Origin: Gammaproteobacteria bacterium
GTDB taxonomy: Bacteria > Pseudomonadota > Gammaproteobacteria > Arenicellales > Poriferihabitantaceae
DNA length: 53,812 nt
Reading direction: 5' to 3'
NCBI GenBank assembly: GCA_009841725.1
Contig: VYGS01000095.1
Coordinates: 1-53,812, forward strand
Shown: positions 1 to 8,951 of the stretch, in pieces
How positions within the stretch are numbered: the first letter of the stretch is position 1
How the letters are laid out: the number at the start of each line of letters is the position of its first letter
Notes under the pieces: generated by a model
What the model saw: only the letters and a program-made list of their open reading frames with translations
The model's database searches: none
Told to the model about the DNA's origin: nothing
Translations under genes and position numbers: made by a program

Positions 1-1774
1 CCCTGTAACTGCCCGGGCCCATGATCAGGGCATTGACCTGGTGTGTGGGGATGAGAAAGGAGTTCGACGTTGCCAGGGCAACAGTCAGGGCGAATATCGT
101 GGGATTCCCGCCAACTCCGATAGCGAGATTGATGGCCAGGGGAACCAGCAGCACCGTGGCCCCGACATTGGACATGACCAGGGTGAACATCGTGGCCATG
201 ACCGCCAGGATCAGTTGCAGCGACCAGATGGGCGCGTCGCCAAAATAAAACAGCACCTCGTGGGCAATCCAGGCCGCCGTACCGCTGCTTTCCACCGCGA
301 TCCCGAGAGGAATCAGGCTGGCAAGAAGAAAGACCGACTGCCAGCCGATCGAGTTGTAGGCCTCCTCGATCTTGATCACGCCGGTCAGGATCATGCCCAC
401 AGCCCCGGTCATCAGCGCCGCCGACAGGCGAATGTCCGTAAACAGCACCAGAAACAGCGTCAGGGCAAAGCATCCGCCGGCATAGATCAGCTTGTCCGGC
501 CTTTCGTCCTTGCGTGGAAAGTCCGTGACCACGACGAAATCGTTCTTTGCATCCGCAATCGCGCCCAGATCGTCCCACTTGACGTGAAGAACCAGCGTGT
601 CGCCGGGTTTCAGGACCAGCTCGGCAAGCCCCCTGTCGATCACCTCATCCACGCGGAAGACCGACAGCACGGTTGCCCCGTACAGGTTCCGAAGACCGAT
701 ATCCTTGATCGATTTTCCGATCAGGGACGACTGCGGAGGGATAACCGCTTCCGCGATTCCCGCATTACCCGGACTCAGCACCTCCGCGAACACTTCCATT
801 TCATTCTTGACCCTGAGCGCGTATTCGGCCGCAAACTCATAGACCGCATCCCGCTGTCCCATGATCGCCATTTCGCTCCCGACCCAGAACTCGGTATCGC
901 CTCGGGGCGCCACGGTCATCTCGTTTCCCGAGCGAATCGCGACGATCCATCCGGCCCTGCCGGCCGCGTCGATTTCCCGCATTGTGCGGGAGACAAGCGG
1001 ACTGTCGCTCGTCACCACGCATTCATACACCTCGCCCTCGATGCCATAGCTTTCCCGAAAGTAGCGGAGCATGTTTCCCGATTCGCCCGGCTTGTCCTTG
1101 ACCACCGGAAGCACGAACCGGCCCAGGACCAGAAAATAGAAAACGCCCATGAACAGCAGCGCGACGCCGATAGGCGTGACCGCAAACAGTCCCAGTTGCT
1201 CGATCTCTTCCCGTCCCGGCGCCGCCTCGTTGGCATTCATGATCAGGTCGTTGAGAAGGATGAGCGGACTGGAACCGACCATGGTGATGGTGCCGCCCAG
1301 AATGGCGCAGAACCCCATGGGCATCAGCAGTCTCGAGATCGGAAGATTGCCCCGTCGGGCGATCCGGTGCACCACCGGGAGAAACAGCGCGGCCGCCCCG
1401 ATATTCTGCAGGAAGCTGGACACCAATCCGACGGATCCCGACACGATCGTGATGACCCGCCCCTCGGTGGCTCCTCCCAGCCTGAGAATGGCGTTCGCCA
1501 GCTTGCCCATGATCCCGGTACGGTCCAGCCCTGCCCCGATGATCATGACGGCGATGATCGATATCACCGCGTTACTCGAATATCCGCTGAAAAGCTGTTC
1601 CGCCTCGACCAGTCCGTCATACCCGGGGATGAGAGAGGTCAGCCCGATCAGGACCATGATCGATACCGCCGCAACGTCGACGCGCACGACTTCGAATGCA
1701 AACAGGCAGATAGTGAAAACCAGGATCGACAGTACGCCGATTATCTCGAATGTCAGCGGCAGATGTTCCGGCAC
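1..1774 (-). CDS. SLC13/DASS-family anion permease with two internal TrkA-C (RCK_C) domains; the 3' end runs off the window
   Basis: Not in the ORF track because there is no stop inside the window. I translated the minus strand from GTG 1774 (alternative TTG 1798). It reads VPEHLPLTFEIIGVLSILVF...YSSNAVISIIAVMIIGAGLDRTGIM...VSSFLQNIGAAALFLPV...MPMGFCAILGGTITMVGSSP. Two TrkA-C-like blocks follow (GEVYECVVTSDSPLVSRTMREID... and AEAVIPPQSSLIGKSIKDIGLRNLYGATVLSVFR...). A second transporter half then ends ...LATSNSFLIPTHQVNALIMGPGSY at position 1. The listed + ORF 41..1954 is its antisense shadow. Confidence 0.75.
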   Translation of the reverse strand, partial: MPEHLPLTFEIIGVLSILVFTICLFAFEVVRVDVAAVSIMVLIGLTSLIPGYDGLVEAEQLFSGYSSNAVISIIAVMIIGAGLDRTGIMGKLANAILRLGGATEGRVITIVSGSVGLVSSFLQNIGAAALFLPVVHRIARRGNLPISRLLMPMGFCAILGGTITMVGSSPLILLNDLIMNANEAAPGREEIEQLGLFAVTPIGVALLFMGVFYFLVLGRFVLPVVKDKPGESGNMLRYFRESYGIEGEVYECVVTSDSPLVSRTMREIDAAGRAGWIVAIRSGNEMTVAPRGDTEFWVGSEMAIMGQRDAVYEFAAEYALRVKNEMEVFAEVLSPGNAGIAEAVIPPQSSLIGKSIKDIGLRNLYGATVLSVFRVDEVIDRGLAELVLKPGDTLVLHVKWDDLGAIADAKNDFVVVTDFPRKDERPDKLIYAGGCFALTLFLVLFTDIRLSAALMTGAVGMILTGVIKIEEAYNSIGWQSVFLLASLIPLGIAVESSGTAAWIAHEVLFYFGDAPIWSLQLILAVMATMFTLVMSNVGATVLLVPLAINLAIGVGGNPTIFALTVALATSNSFLIPTHQVNALIMGPGSYR

Positions 1775-2207
1775 TTTCCTGCTTACCCTGTACGGCAATT
1801 GTGTCGATGGGTTATGAATCTGTCGAACTTGTCAGCAATCAGTCCCCTGTCAGCCGGACTCCGGCAAATGCAGACGCGGCTGCAACGGTGCACTGCAAAA
1901 TGCCGATTTAATGATTTAAGACAAGTTGACACCGTATCCTATTGTAAACTGTAAGTAACATTTTTTCAGTTTACCACGAGGACAAGCCCGGCGACTGACA
2001 ATAGTACCATTAGTTCCGGGTATTGGAAAATCAGCCCGTTCACGAGCATCGCGGCATTGCGTCCACGCCGGGTTCATCGAGACCGAGGAAGCCGAAATGG
2101 TCTTGCGAACCCGGTACAATCAACCAAAATCTTGGCAACAGAAAAATCATGAACCAGACCGAAAGAGCCGGAATGGCCGGGTTCGGCGCAGTGGTCCGCC
2201 GTCCGTG

Positions 2208-3080
2208 ATGGAGGCGTTCTTCATATCGATGGCCTCGAGGGCGTTCAGTGTCCTGCCCCTGCCCGCCTGCCATGTTCTGGGAAAGGTGTTCGGCACTCTG
2301 GTCTACTGGTGCTATCCTTCCCGCAGGAAAATCACGCGGCGAAATATCTCGGCCTGTTTCCCCGAGTGGTCCGATTCCGAAGTGAACCGGGTGTCGCGAG
2401 CCCATTTCCAGCATATGCTGACCGGCGTGATGACCCTGTCGATCGCCTGGTGGTCCCCTGCCCGCCGTCTCGACAGACTCGTCGAGTTCCAGAACCTCGA
2501 TCGCCTAGACAGCCATCTCGAGCAGGGCAGAAACATCATTCTGCTTGTTCCGCATTTCACCAATCTTGAAATCCTCGGCATCGCCCTGTTCACCCGCTAC
2601 CGGATGGCCACGGTGTACAAGCCCCACAGAAATCCCCGGCTCGATGCCCTGATCCGGGAGCGCCGAAGCCGGTTCAAGGGGAAGCTGCACAACCACACCG
2701 GCACACAACGGGACATGATCCGGGACGTTCGCAACGGCATTCCCCTGTACTACCTTCCGGATCAGGACTCGGGCGCATGGGGCGTATTCGCGCCCTTTTT
2801 CGGCATCCCCACCGCGACTTTCGGATCTCTTGGCCGGATTGCGGAAATGGCCCATGCCGTGGTCATCCCCTGCATGGTCAGGATGGCGGATTCGGGACGC
2901 AGGATCGAGGTACGCTTCGACATGCCCATGAGCGATTTCCCGAAAGGGGATGCAATCGAGGATGCGACCGCGATGAACCGGGTGATCGAAAAACTGGTGG
3001 GCGATGCGCCGGAGCAGTACTTCTGGTCGCACAAGCGATTCAAGACCCGCCCGAAAGGCGAGCCCCCATTTTATTTCTGA
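2208..3080 (+). CDS. lipid A biosynthesis lauroyl/myristoyl acyltransferase (LpxL/HtrB/MsbB family)
   Basis: ORF 2097..3080. I place the start at the internal ATG 2208 (MEAFFISMASRAF..., a hydrophobic anchor). Family-typical motifs are VPHFTNLEI (H-x4-E), YKPHRNPRLD, LPDQD and the C-terminal PEQYFWSHKRFK. Confidence 0.8.
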   Translation: MEAFFISMASRAFSVLPLPACHVLGKVFGTLVYWCYPSRRKITRRNISACFPEWSDSEVNRVSRAHFQHMLTGVMTLSIAWWSPARRLDRLVEFQNLDRLDSHLEQGRNIILLVPHFTNLEILGIALFTRYRMATVYKPHRNPRLDALIRERRSRFKGKLHNHTGTQRDMIRDVRNGIPLYYLPDQDSGAWGVFAPFFGIPTATFGSLGRIAEMAHAVVIPCMVRMADSGRRIEVRFDMPMSDFPKGDAIEDATAMNRVIEKLVGDAPEQYFWSHKRFKTRPKGEPPFYF

Positions 3081-3097
3081 GCATCCGTTGATATCTT

Positions 3098-3115
3098 CCC
3101 CGACCTCAGACGGGG
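3098..3115 (+). terminator. weak terminator-like hairpin after the acyltransferase gene
   Basis: CCCCG-acctcaga-CGGGG followed by ATTTCT, starting 18 nt after the stop at 3080. The stem is only 5 bp. Confidence 0.3.
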
Positions 3116-3243
3116 ATTTCTGCGCTATCCTTTATCTCCCTGCATTCTGTCCGCGGTCGAAATCCGTGCATTCGCGAGTATCACTGTCAACAAAGACGCG
3201 TGTTTGGACACCAATTACGTGTATAGGCACAACACAATATACT

Positions 3244-3255
3244 TACATTAATGTA
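3244..3255. promoter_or_regulatory. perfect 12-bp palindrome TACATTAATGTA in an AT-rich spacer (possible operator)
   Basis: Read directly and self-complementary. It lies 36 nt upstream of the ATG at 3291. The line 3241-3300 has 24/60 G+C. Confidence 0.25.
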
Positions 3256-3290
3256 GCATCAGACTTGTGAAATCACGCCGATAATTCGAC

Positions 3291-3440
3291 ATGGTCGTAC
3301 CGAATGAGAAACTTTCTGTGTCGCTGGCGCAACTCCAGAAGCTCCAAGATCAAGGCTGGAGGGTCTTTCGCTCCGGCGAGTTGACATGCGTTCACCGCAA
3401 GCGATTGATCAGAAACGATTTAGGGTCGAAAGCCCAGTAG
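3291..3440 (+). CDS. orphan 49-aa ORF (MVVPNEKLSVSLAQLQKLQDQGWRVFRSGELTCVHRKRLIRNDLGSKAQ); possibly a gene remnant
   Basis: My own translation; it is below the track's size cut-off. The pattern ...RVF.S.EL....RKRLIRN.L vaguely recalls N-terminal wHTH domains of AbiEi-type antitoxins or regulators but stops prematurely. This is speculative. Confidence 0.2.
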   Translation: MVVPNEKLSVSLAQLQKLQDQGWRVFRSGELTCVHRKRLIRNDLGSKAQ

Positions 3441-3579
3441 GGGTGTCGGATTGCAGGATTCTGCGGGATTTGGCCGCGATTCCCGAGCATCGGGCCGCTC
3501 TGGTGCGGGCTCTGGTTCCGGCTTGTCCGACTATTCCGCCGTCTTGAGTCCGGGACGATGCCGACATTCGTCCCGGTGC

Positions 3580-3585
3580 TATAAT
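3580..3585 (+). promoter_or_regulatory. consensus -10 hexamer TATAAT upstream of the aminotransferase gene
   Basis: TATAAT lies 32 nt before ATG 3617, and GGAG (3606-3609) sits 7 nt before that ATG. I see no good -35. An 8-bp-stem hairpin (CCGGGACG...CGTCCCGG, 3550-3576) sits immediately upstream. Confidence 0.3.
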
Positions 3586-3616
3586 GCCTCCCCGACATCA
3601 ACCTCGGAGTTGCGCC

Positions 3617-4981
3617 ATGACCGAACTGGAAACCACCGATCTGCAGAAACAGGACAATCAGTTCATCCACCCCTGGGAGGAACTGGACCGGCTTGATCGA
3701 AATGCCCGAACCGTGATCACGCGGGGCGAGGGCGTCTATATCGAAGACTCGGACGGCAACCGCCTGCTGGATGCTCCGGCAGGCATGTGGTGTGTCAATA
3801 TCGGCCATCATCGTCAGGAAATGGCTGACGCCATTGCCGAGCAGGTAATGGAACTCACCTACTCCAGCCCGTGGAGCCTGACCAACAGTCCGGCCTCCAT
3901 CCTGGCCCGCAAGCTCGGCGAGCTGTCCCCGGGCGATCTCAATCACGTGTTCTTCGCCACCTGCGGGTCGACCGCGGTCGATTCGGCACTCCGGTTCGTG
4001 ATGTTTCGGAACAACGCGCTCGGCAAGACCGAAAAGAAACATATCATCTCCAGGAAAAATGCCTACCACGGCAGCACTTTCCTGGCGGCTTCCGCATCCG
4101 GAAAGGCCGGTGACAAGATAAACCTGGATTTCAAGGACGACACCTTCCATCATATCTCCGATCCCAACCTGCTGAACAAGCCCGAGGGGATGAGCGACGC
4201 GGAGTACTGCCGCCGGCTCACCGACGAGCTGGAGCAGAAGATCCTCGAAATCGGCGCAGAGAGAACCGCGGCATTCATCGCCGAGCCCGTGCTCGCCTCA
4301 GGCGGCGTCCTCCTGGCTCCGGAAGGCTATCACGCAGCCTGCCTGGATGTCTGCAGGAGACATGATGTCGTATACATTTCGGACGAGGTGGTCACCGGGT
4401 TCGGGCGGCTGGGGCACTATTTCGCATCCGAGAAGGTCTTCAACATCGTTCCGGACATCATCACCTGCGCCAAGGGCATCACGTCGGGATATGTGCCGCT
4501 CGGCGCTTTCCTGGTCTCGGACCGTCTGCTCTCCTCCCTCGCGGAAAAAAATCCGGACTCGGTGTTTTCAAACGGATTCACCTATTCCGGTCATCCGGTC
4601 GCCTGCGCTGCTGCGCTCAAGAATATCGAGATCATGGAAAGAGAGGGCATCCTCGAGCATGCGAGAGAAATCGAGCCGTATTTCCAGGAGCGACTCAAGG
4701 AACTGAGCGACCTTCCGGTGGTGAGGGAGGTCCGCGGAATCGGCCTGATGGCCTGCATCGAGTGCATGGATCATGAAGTGGACGGCAAACTCGTCGCCGA
4801 CAGCTACGAACTCGCAGAGCGCATCGACCGGCACTGCCAGTCACTGGGGTTGCTGGTTCGACCCATCTACAACATGTGCGTCATGTCGCCGCCACTGATC
4901 ATCACCCGAAACCAGATCGACGAGATGGCCGACATGCTCCGCCGGGGCATCGAACTCGCGCTTTCCGAATTGAGCGGGTAG
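3617..4981 (+). CDS. class-III (omega) aminotransferase, PLP-dependent (putrescine/beta-alanine--pyruvate type)
   Basis: ORF 3584..4981; the start at ATG 3617 has an SD. Motifs are IHPW...GMWCVNIGH, NAYHGST, DEVVTGFGRLG and TCAKGITSGYVPLG (PLP lysine). Confidence 0.85.
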   Translation: MTELETTDLQKQDNQFIHPWEELDRLDRNARTVITRGEGVYIEDSDGNRLLDAPAGMWCVNIGHHRQEMADAIAEQVMELTYSSPWSLTNSPASILARKLGELSPGDLNHVFFATCGSTAVDSALRFVMFRNNALGKTEKKHIISRKNAYHGSTFLAASASGKAGDKINLDFKDDTFHHISDPNLLNKPEGMSDAEYCRRLTDELEQKILEIGAERTAAFIAEPVLASGGVLLAPEGYHAACLDVCRRHDVVYISDEVVTGFGRLGHYFASEKVFNIVPDIITCAKGITSGYVPLGAFLVSDRLLSSLAEKNPDSVFSNGFTYSGHPVACAAALKNIEIMEREGILEHAREIEPYFQERLKELSDLPVVREVRGIGLMACIECMDHEVDGKLVADSYELAERIDRHCQSLGLLVRPIYNMCVMSPPLIITRNQIDEMADMLRRGIELALSELSG

Positions 4982-5009
4982 CCCCGCCGAAGGCAGCCGT
5001 CTGAACGGG

Positions 5010-6251
5010 TCAGGCGGATTCGAGCAGGCGCTCCACCGCGCGCCTTCCGCTCAAGTACGCTCCGTGGGCGGTGTTCATGTACTCGGAAGAAGTCGCCTCT
5101 CCGGCGAAATAGAGAGCGTCGCTCAACGGCTCGGCCAGTCTCGGGCGCATGTCCCGGCAACCGGGTTTTTGCGAGGAGTAGGCGCCCTGGACAAAGGGAT
5201 CGTGCCCCCATGCGCTAACCTTGAATACGCGCAACTCCTTTCTGATCGAAGCGCCGTAAATCCTGACCAGCGCATCCTCGAGGTGAGCTCGTGACGCGAG
5301 CATACCCTGCTTCTCCAGCCACCAGGCAAACCGTCCTCCCGTGCTCGTGAACACGCAATCGGTCCCGAACGGACGCATCCGGATCGCCATCGATACGTCC
5401 CCTTCCTGGTAGTGGATGTTGCCGGGCGGGTCCGAGCCGAACGTTCCGGGCTCGAAACTGAAGAACTGATAGTTGGAATTCCCCAGAGGCAATGCGTCGA
5501 TGGCCGCAAGCTTCCACTCGGGCAAGGCCGGACGGAACGCAAGCCGGCCGGACGAGAGCACGCCGGTCGACACGGTCAGGATCACCCTGTCGGCGCGCAC
5601 GACACCGGCCCCGGTCTCAAGACGGATCGGTGACACCCCCCAGTCGATGGCGGTGACTTCCGAGTTGAACCGAACCGGACGGGATTCAGCCTGCCTTGCA
5701 ATCAGGGCTCCATAGCCCTGTCTGACCGGCCAGTCTTCGTCGGTCTCGTCAAATTCGACCGCATCCTGGACCGACACCTCGTCCACGTCGTTGGAATGAA
5801 GCAAACTCCACCAGTAATGCATGTGGGCGGACCATCTGTTGTCGTTGTCAATGGCCGAGAAGATCGAATCCGAAGGATCGCGCCTGTACCGGGCATCGAC
5901 CCGTCGGTAGGAATCCTCCCGGAATCGCTTGAAGTCCTCCCAGTCCGAAGCGGGCAGCCATGCCCCGTCAAAGAACATCTCGTAGTCGTAGCGCTCCGTC
6001 TCCAGGTAATCGAACCCGAAGGCGTCGGCAATCCGGACATAGGGATTCCGGCTTGCACAGTGCATCCAGTGGCACCCCAGATCGACCGGAATTCCATCGA
6101 GAATTTCGGTCAGTCCCCTTCCGCCCGCGCGATGCGAGGCCTCGAGAACGATGTGCGGGATGCCGGCCTCGCTGGCCCGTTCGGAGGCGCCGTTTCCGGC
6201 CGCTCCGGCCCCAATCACGATCAGGGGATAGTCAGCGGTCCTGGAGGCCAT
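5010..6251 (-). CDS. FAD-dependent amine oxidase (flavin monoamine/polyamine oxidase family)
   Basis: ORF 5010..6332. The likely start is ATG 6251 (MASRTADYPLIVIGAGAAGNGAS...), preceded by GGGAG. It has the dinucleotide-binding motif GAGAAG, the LEASHRAGGR motif and a C-terminal YFAGEATS. Confidence 0.8.
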   Translation of the reverse strand: MASRTADYPLIVIGAGAAGNGASERASEAGIPHIVLEASHRAGGRGLTEILDGIPVDLGCHWMHCASRNPYVRIADAFGFDYLETERYDYEMFFDGAWLPASDWEDFKRFREDSYRRVDARYRRDPSDSIFSAIDNDNRWSAHMHYWWSLLHSNDVDEVSVQDAVEFDETDEDWPVRQGYGALIARQAESRPVRFNSEVTAIDWGVSPIRLETGAGVVRADRVILTVSTGVLSSGRLAFRPALPEWKLAAIDALPLGNSNYQFFSFEPGTFGSDPPGNIHYQEGDVSMAIRMRPFGTDCVFTSTGGRFAWWLEKQGMLASRAHLEDALVRIYGASIRKELRVFKVSAWGHDPFVQGAYSSQKPGCRDMRPRLAEPLSDALYFAGEATSSEYMNTAHGAYLSGRRAVERLLESA

Positions 6252-6414
6252 GGATACTCCCGGTAACGGTGATCGATCTGCCAACGGCCATCGATGACGA
6301 TGCCAGCCGATTGTGAAGAACCGTCCTTGCAAGCCTTTCCGCCATCATCTTCTCAAGTCTCCACATGGAGCGTCCCGGCGCATGCAGCACCCGAAACCGG
6401 TTGGGGCATATAGC

Positions 6415-6442
6415 GTGACTTGTCTTGTACATTCGATATAAT
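6415..6442 (+). promoter_or_regulatory. putative sigma70 promoter (GTGACT-16 nt-TATAAT) upstream of the SCO gene
   Basis: Read directly. The -10 is a perfect consensus and the -35 matches 4/6. It lies about 140 nt upstream of ATG 6584. Confidence 0.3.
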
Positions 6443-6583
6443 TGCCTTGCGAATTCCTGCGGGGATTTTAGCCCATGTACGAGGTCACGTCCTGCGATGC
6501 CGTCTCCGGCATTGCGAGTCAGGATACCGTCGAGGGCATGTCCCGCCAGACTTTCAAATATCCGTTAACACGACATTACAGGC

Positions 6584-7237
6584 ATGTTTTTCAATTTCAG
6601 GCTGATTCTGCTGGGGTGCGTTGCACTGCTGGCCGGAATCTATCTCCAGCTGTTCGGATTCAACCTCCCGGTTCGCTCGGCCGAGCGGCCGCCGGACATC
6701 GAGGACTTCTACTGGCCAAAGCAGAAGGCCCTGACCGGATTCGAAATGGTCGGTATCGACGGACAACCCTTCGGAATCGAAAATCTGGATTCAAGATGGA
6801 ACTTCGTGTTTTTCGGGTACACCCATTGCCCGGATATCTGTCCCATCACCATGAACACGCTCCGGCAGGTCCGGGACAGCCTCAAGGCGGATGGCGGAGT
6901 CGACATGGATTCGGTCAATTTCCTGTTCGTCTCGGTCGACGGAAAACGGGATACGCCGGAACATCTGAACCGGTATATCCGGCACTACGGCGACCACTTC
7001 ATGGCGGCCACCGGCAACAAGGACCAGGTCGATTCACTGACCGGGCAGATCGGGGTGCCCTACTCCATCGACGAACACGAGCCCGGCGACATGGATTATC
7101 TGGTTGCGCACAGCGGGTCCGTGTTCCTGATCACTCCCGGCAACACCCTGGCATCCATCTACCGCCCGCCCCAGAGTGCTGCGGATATGGCGTCGCGTTT
7201 CATGCGGATTCTGGAGTTCTACGGAAAACAGTCCTGA
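6584..7237 (+). CDS. SCO1/SenC family copper chaperone / thiol-disulfide protein
   Basis: N-terminal TM helix, the FFGYTHCPDICP CxxxC motif, and the downstream conserved His (VAHSGSVFLI). Confidence 0.85.
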   Translation: MFFNFRLILLGCVALLAGIYLQLFGFNLPVRSAERPPDIEDFYWPKQKALTGFEMVGIDGQPFGIENLDSRWNFVFFGYTHCPDICPITMNTLRQVRDSLKADGGVDMDSVNFLFVSVDGKRDTPEHLNRYIRHYGDHFMAATGNKDQVDSLTGQIGVPYSIDEHEPGDMDYLVAHSGSVFLITPGNTLASIYRPPQSAADMASRFMRILEFYGKQS

Positions 7238-7699
<462 letters not shown>

Positions 7700-7913
7700 T
7701 CACACGTGATTGTCGAATCTGGGTGACTCTGCGCCAGCATGTTCGACCACCGTACGTTTCGGATACAAAACGGCTTTCCAGATATTTGCCGGAATCCAAT
7801 GGAGATTATAAGGATATGATATTGCGGGCGGGTGAGCATCTGATGATGCCATCATGCCGACAATAATGCTGGTCCGCGCCGTGACCATCATCAGAACGCC
7901 TCCACTCAGCACC

Positions 7914-8240
7914 CTAGGCTACCTTCCGGGCTTTGACTTCCAGATGAATCCCCTCCTGCTCCTGCAGGTAATGAATCACCGCGAACAGATTGCTCGCCTG
8001 GGGATTCCCTTTTGGCCCGAGCATACGCATGAGACTCTTGCTCGATTTGTCCAAGACCTGGGAGAGTGCCTCGAACCCGATCGTCGCATTGATATAGTCG
8101 CGCAGCACTGCCTTGCCGGTATCGACATCATCGGCAAGAAGGCACTCGACCCCTTCTTGCAGCAGGGCCTTGCGAAACGCCGAGTCCCGTTGGGCGCGTG
8201 CTTGTATAGTATCTTTAAAGTCTCTCGTCAAAGCCATCAT
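7914..8240 (-). CDS. addiction-module antidote protein (HTH, HigA-like antitoxin)
   Basis: 108 aa, with ...GKAVLRDYINATIGFEALSQ...SLMRMLGPKGNPQASNLFAVIHYLQEQEGIHLEV. This matches my memory of the antidote family paired with TIGR02683-type killers. It lies 24 nt downstream of the toxin gene. Confidence 0.75.
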   Translation of the reverse strand: MMALTRDFKDTIQARAQRDSAFRKALLQEGVECLLADDVDTGKAVLRDYINATIGFEALSQVLDKSSKSLMRMLGPKGNPQASNLFAVIHYLQEQEGIHLEVKARKVA

Positions 8241-8264
8241 GTCACCTCTTTCCGCTTCGGACGC

Positions 8265-8579
8265 TTAATAGTCGCGCCAGTTGGCTTTCGCAACAACAAT
8301 ATCTGCGTCCTGGCGCTTCTTGGTACCGCCTGCCAGCAATATCACCAATTGGTCACCATCCTTGCCAAAATAGATCCGATAATCTGGGCCGATATCAATC
8401 CGGAATTCGAAGATGCCGGCACCAACACCTTTCACGTTAGAGAAGTTACCTTGCCCCATCCGATGGACTGCCGTCGCCACCTTGGCCGCAGCAGCCACAT
8501 TCAGACGATCGAACCATTTGCCATAAGGACTGTTTCCCTCAGTATCGAGGTATTCTCTAACCTCTATCACATGAACCAT
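8265..8579 (-). CDS. addiction-module killer protein (RelE/ParE-superfamily, HigB-like toxin)
   Basis: 104 aa, with ...GNFSNVKGVGAGIFEFRIDIGPDYRIYFGKDGDQLVILLAGGTKKRQDADI..., the characteristic core of this killer family. The toxin-first gene order is as in higBA. Confidence 0.8.
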   Translation of the reverse strand: MVHVIEVREYLDTEGNSPYGKWFDRLNVAAAAKVATAVHRMGQGNFSNVKGVGAGIFEFRIDIGPDYRIYFGKDGDQLVILLAGGTKKRQDADIVVAKANWRDY

Positions 8580-8586
8580 GTAGTAT

Positions 8587-8594
8587 CATATATG
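8587..8594. promoter_or_regulatory. 8-bp palindrome CATATATG just upstream of the toxin start (candidate TA operator)
   Basis: Read directly. It begins 8 nt upstream of ATG 8579, within TTGCAA-aaggtaa-CATATATG-atactac-ATG on the coding strand. Confidence 0.3.
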
Positions 8595-8717
8595 TTACCT
8601 TTTGCAATGCCCACACAACACCTTCTTTCCGGATAGCCTCTGTTTTCTATGGAGTGATACCCGAATCTGGCAACTGGGCCGTTGAAAATGAGCGCGCATC
8701 CTGAATCGCCCCAAAAA

Positions 8718-8951
8718 TCATCCCTTCGGCGGATACGGATCATTCCCGTGGCTGTCCTTGCTCTGTATCTTCCCGTCCTTGCCGCGGATGTAGAACTCGG
8801 TGCCTTGGTTCTGGCTGATCTTGCGCCCGGCATCGACGGCATCCTGTTTCTTGTCGAAGTGGCCGCTGCTACGGGTCGCTCCGTCTTTTTTGACGTCCCA
8901 TCCGCCGTCGGCGTTGGGTAAAACATGATGTGATCCTGGTTTCTTTGGAAT
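8718..8951 (-). CDS. DUF2188-family small protein, apparently lacking a canonical start codon (candidate ATT start at 8951)
   Basis: Not in the ORF track. My own translation is (I)PKKPGSHHVLPNADGGWDVKKDGATRSSGHFDKKQDAVDAGRKISQNQGTEFYIRGKDGKIQSKDSHGNDPYPPKG*. The DGGW.VK..G and HG/RGxDGxI....S.GNDP.PPKG signatures are typical of DUF2188. In frame upstream the sequence reads ATG AAA TAG AAG GCG ACC ATT, and AAGG sits 5 nt before the ATT. Confidence 0.6.
   Translation of the reverse strand: MPKKPGSHHVLPNADGGWDVKKDGATRSSGHFDKKQDAVDAGRKISQNQGTEFYIRGKDGKIQSKDSHGNDPYPPKG

Noticed and set aside
41-1954. 637-aa + strand ORF, the longest feature at the left edge
   Set aside because: Its composition is Arg/Gln/Asp/His-rich with no motif. 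It is exactly antisense to a clean SLC13/TrkA-C permease frame that I translated on the minus strand, so it is a GC-rich shadow ORF.
3392-4153. 253-aa minus-strand ORF
   Set aside because: It overlaps the aminotransferase in antisense and extends into non-coding DNA. It has no motifs.
7700-7912. 70-aa minus-strand ORF. It starts at GTG 1 nt after the higA-like stop, and its TGA is immediately followed by the tadA ATG.
   Set aside because: The tight chaining is tempting, but the sequence contains a consensus TATAAT (7810..7805, minus strand) that is better read as the tadA promoter. It uses rare-looking codons (ata, aga), and the product has no recognisable features. I treat it as non-coding, though ribosome profiling could revisit this.
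7800-7920. A direct repeat of the guaA 3' end (att-site duplication) at the distal islet boundary
   Set aside because: The best match I could find by eye is a 6-nt CCACTC (7903-7908 versus 10200-10205), and a shared CGACAATA (about 7859 and 10118). Both are too short to mean anything, so a computed alignment is needed.
7854-8636. 260-aa + strand ORF
   Set aside because: It is antisense to both genes of the HigB/HigA-like pair, which have recognisable family cores.
8567-8926. 119-aa minus-strand ORF, and the 79-aa + ORF 8682..8921
   Set aside because: Both overlap the DUF2188 frame, which carries a strong family signature. The 119-aa product is Arg/Thr/Ala-rich with no features.
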